The notes under the pieces: generated by a model
Told to the model about the DNA's origin: nothing
Databases searched by the model: none
What the model saw: the letters and a program-made list of their open reading frames with translations, nothing else
Origin: a virus
Direction: 5' to 3' (one strand)
DNA length: 64,000 nt
IMG/VR virus record: IMGVR_UViG_3300045988_060960
Part shown: positions 62,622 through 64,000 of the stretch, piece after piece
Layout of the letters: each line of letters opens with the position of its first letter
Numbering within the stretch: position 1 is the stretch's first letter
Position numbers and translations under genes: made by a program

Positions 62622-63818
62622 GTGAAGCGAGCAAAGAATCTCTTTGAGAAGCTCGTATCTGATGACAACCTGCTGCTTGCCATCGACGAGGTGAACCGCA
62701 CTCACCACTGGCGAACGCATCATCGTCCGAACTCTTGCACCGCATGGGTGGAGGAAACAAAGGAGGAGCGCGTCAAGGAGCTGCGGCAAATCATCATCGA
62801 CGGTTTCGAGCAGAAGAAACCTCACGTGTCTCAGCGATGGGACGCCAGCGCCCGGAAATGGCGCACGGTCAGCGAGCCGGTCCAGTGGCCCGACCAGTAC
62901 GTCCACCACGCTCTGATTCAGGTGTTGCAGCCTGTGTTCATGCGCGGGATGGATTACTACTGCTGCGGGAGCATCCGTGACAGAGGCCCGCATCACGCCC
63001 GGAAAGCCATCGAGATCTGGATGGACAAAGACCCTCGCGGGACGAAGTATGAGTTCTGCGGTGACATCCACCACTTCTACGACAGCCTGAAGCCGGAGGT
63101 CGTGATGGACCGTATGCGCCAGCTCATCAAAGACTATCGCGTTCTCGACCTCATTTGGCGCGTCATCAAGGATGGCGTTTTGATTGGGGCCTATACCTCT
63201 CAGTGGTTTGCCAACACGGTCTTGCAGCCGCTGGACATGCTTATCCGGGAGAGCGGGCTGTGCAAGCACTACGTCCGCTACATGGATAACCTTACCATTT
63301 TTGGCTCGAACAAACGCAAGCTGAAGAAGCTGCGTGTGCTCGTGGAGACATGGCTGAATGCCCATCAGCTCCGGCTCAAAGCCGATTGGCAGATATTCCC
63401 GACAGTGAGGAGGAATCCACGCGTCCCGTTAAACCCTCCAAGACGCGGGTATGAGAGGCCGAAAGAGCGTATGCCTGATGCAGTAGGCTATCGCTATGGG
63501 CGCGGTTACACCATCCCGCGTAAACACAATCTTCTCCGCATTAAACGGGCTATCGCTCGTTATCGAAAGCGGAGACGCTTGAAAAAGCGCATTTTGGCAG
63601 GAGCGGCGGCCAGTCTGCTCTCCCGCCTCGGGCAGTTGAAACACTGCAATAATCACAACATCTATCGGATGCTGTTCCAAGGTGAACGTCTCATGCGTGA
63701 GCTGAAGCGCATCATCCGGCAGAAGCAGCGAAAGGAGGAACTCACTTGGAATACGTATTTGGAACGCAGGGCGAAATCGAAGTCCTCAAAACAAAGGGCG
63801 ATTCCCACACCGACCTGA
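62622..63818 (+). CDS. DGR reverse transcriptase (398 aa) with YMDN in place of YxDD and a long basic C-terminal extension
   Basis: GTG 62622 is 9 nt after AAGGAGG, giving MKRAKNLFEKLVSDDNLLLAIDE, a typical DGR RT N-terminus. Motifs seen: CGSIRDRGPHHA, YEFCGDIHHFYDSL, the DGR hallmark LIGAYTSQWFANTVLQPLD, and YVRYMDNLTIFG. The track ORF 62313..63818 wrongly fuses TR and spacer to the RT. Confidence 0.88.
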   Translation: MKRAKNLFEKLVSDDNLLLAIDEVNRTHHWRTHHRPNSCTAWVEETKEERVKELRQIIIDGFEQKKPHVSQRWDASARKWRTVSEPVQWPDQYVHHALIQVLQPVFMRGMDYYCCGSIRDRGPHHARKAIEIWMDKDPRGTKYEFCGDIHHFYDSLKPEVVMDRMRQLIKDYRVLDLIWRVIKDGVLIGAYTSQWFANTVLQPLDMLIRESGLCKHYVRYMDNLTIFGSNKRKLKKLRVLVETWLNAHQLRLKADWQIFPTVRRNPRVPLNPPRRGYERPKERMPDAVGYRYGRGYTIPRKHNLLRIKRAIARYRKRRRLKKRILAGAAASLLSRLGQLKHCNNHNIYRMLFQGERLMRELKRIIRQKQRKEELTWNTYLERRAKSKSSKQRAIPTPT

Positions 63819-64000
63819 CCGGGTTCCACCAGATCGAGCAGACATTCCCCGACCAGACCATCACCGATAACTTCCGCGTCGTGCGGAAAATCGAGAGCGC
63901 CGAGGACGTGGAGGGCAACTGCTACGACTGGTACGAGATCGACCGGCATTACCGTGCCGTCGATAAGACCGGGCCTGTTATCCAGCAGGTCAACGAGAGC
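63746..64000 (+). CDS. Hypothetical acidic protein, N-terminal 85 codons (runs off window)
   Basis: TTG 63746 is 6 nt after AAGGAGGA, and the frame stays open to the window end (MEYVFGTQGEIEVLKTKGDSHTDLTGFHQIEQTFPDQ...). It overlaps the RT 3-prime end by 73 nt, so the start is uncertain. It is not in the ORF track because no stop is reached. Confidence 0.45.
   Translation, partial: MEYVFGTQGEIEVLKTKGDSHTDLTGFHQIEQTFPDQTITDNFRVVRKIESAEDVEGNCYDWYEIDRHYRAVDKTGPVIQQVNES

Larger units (their letters stand above)
60133..63818 (+). mobile_element. Diversity-generating retroelement (target gene with VR, TR, spacer, RT)
   Basis: The VR/TR pair differs only at TR adenines (16/16). The target ends in a CLec/FGE-like domain. 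The RT has DGR-type motifs. See the component features. Confidence 0.9.

Noticed and set aside
62313-63818. 501-aa ORF in the track that looks like one large protein
   Set aside because: Its first ~100 codons are the DGR template region and spacer read through in frame (CDNWNFNSSNPC...). The real RT starts at GTG 62622 behind a strong SD and has a typical DGR RT N-terminus. TR regions are non-coding templates.

Overview
The window is a moderately GC-rich tailed-phage segment (prophage or virion DNA). It encodes an early/accessory block, small and large terminase, an HK97-type head module, a PBSX/Xkd-like contractile tail and baseplate, a multi-gene tail-fibre cassette, and a diversity-generating retroelement (DGR). 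The dominant structural fact is that positions 1..57482 form one perfect, spacer-less palindrome. Position x is the reverse complement of 57483-x, and the apex lies between 28741 and 28742. About 35 genes therefore occur twice, head to head: minus-strand copies in 1..28741 and plus-strand copies in 28742..57482. The symmetry is cut only by the left window edge, so its true extent is unknown. Positions 57483..64000 are single-copy within the window. They hold the rest of the fibre cassette and the DGR: a target gene with a C-terminal VR, the TR 260 bp downstream with 16/16 mismatches at TR adenines, and a reverse transcriptase. Three other regions deserve a second look. First, a SAM-centred accessory island: a DUF1848-type Fe-S protein, a compact SAM-synthetase homologue, and three tandem ParB-fold proteins, the last fused to a class I methyltransferase. 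Second, a 324-bp non-coding gap inside the tail operon packed with 7 exact copies of a 9-mer plus a 33-nt near-palindrome and a (CG)5 tract. Third, an RT whose YxDD box reads YMDN, with no Avd gene visible. Nearly every gene has a strong AGGAGG-type Shine-Dalgarno sequence, which suggests a Firmicutes/Clostridia-like host (inference only). I recognised no rRNA, tRNA, CRISPR, integrase or lysis genes. All functional calls come from reading motifs, sizes and gene order by eye; no database search was run.
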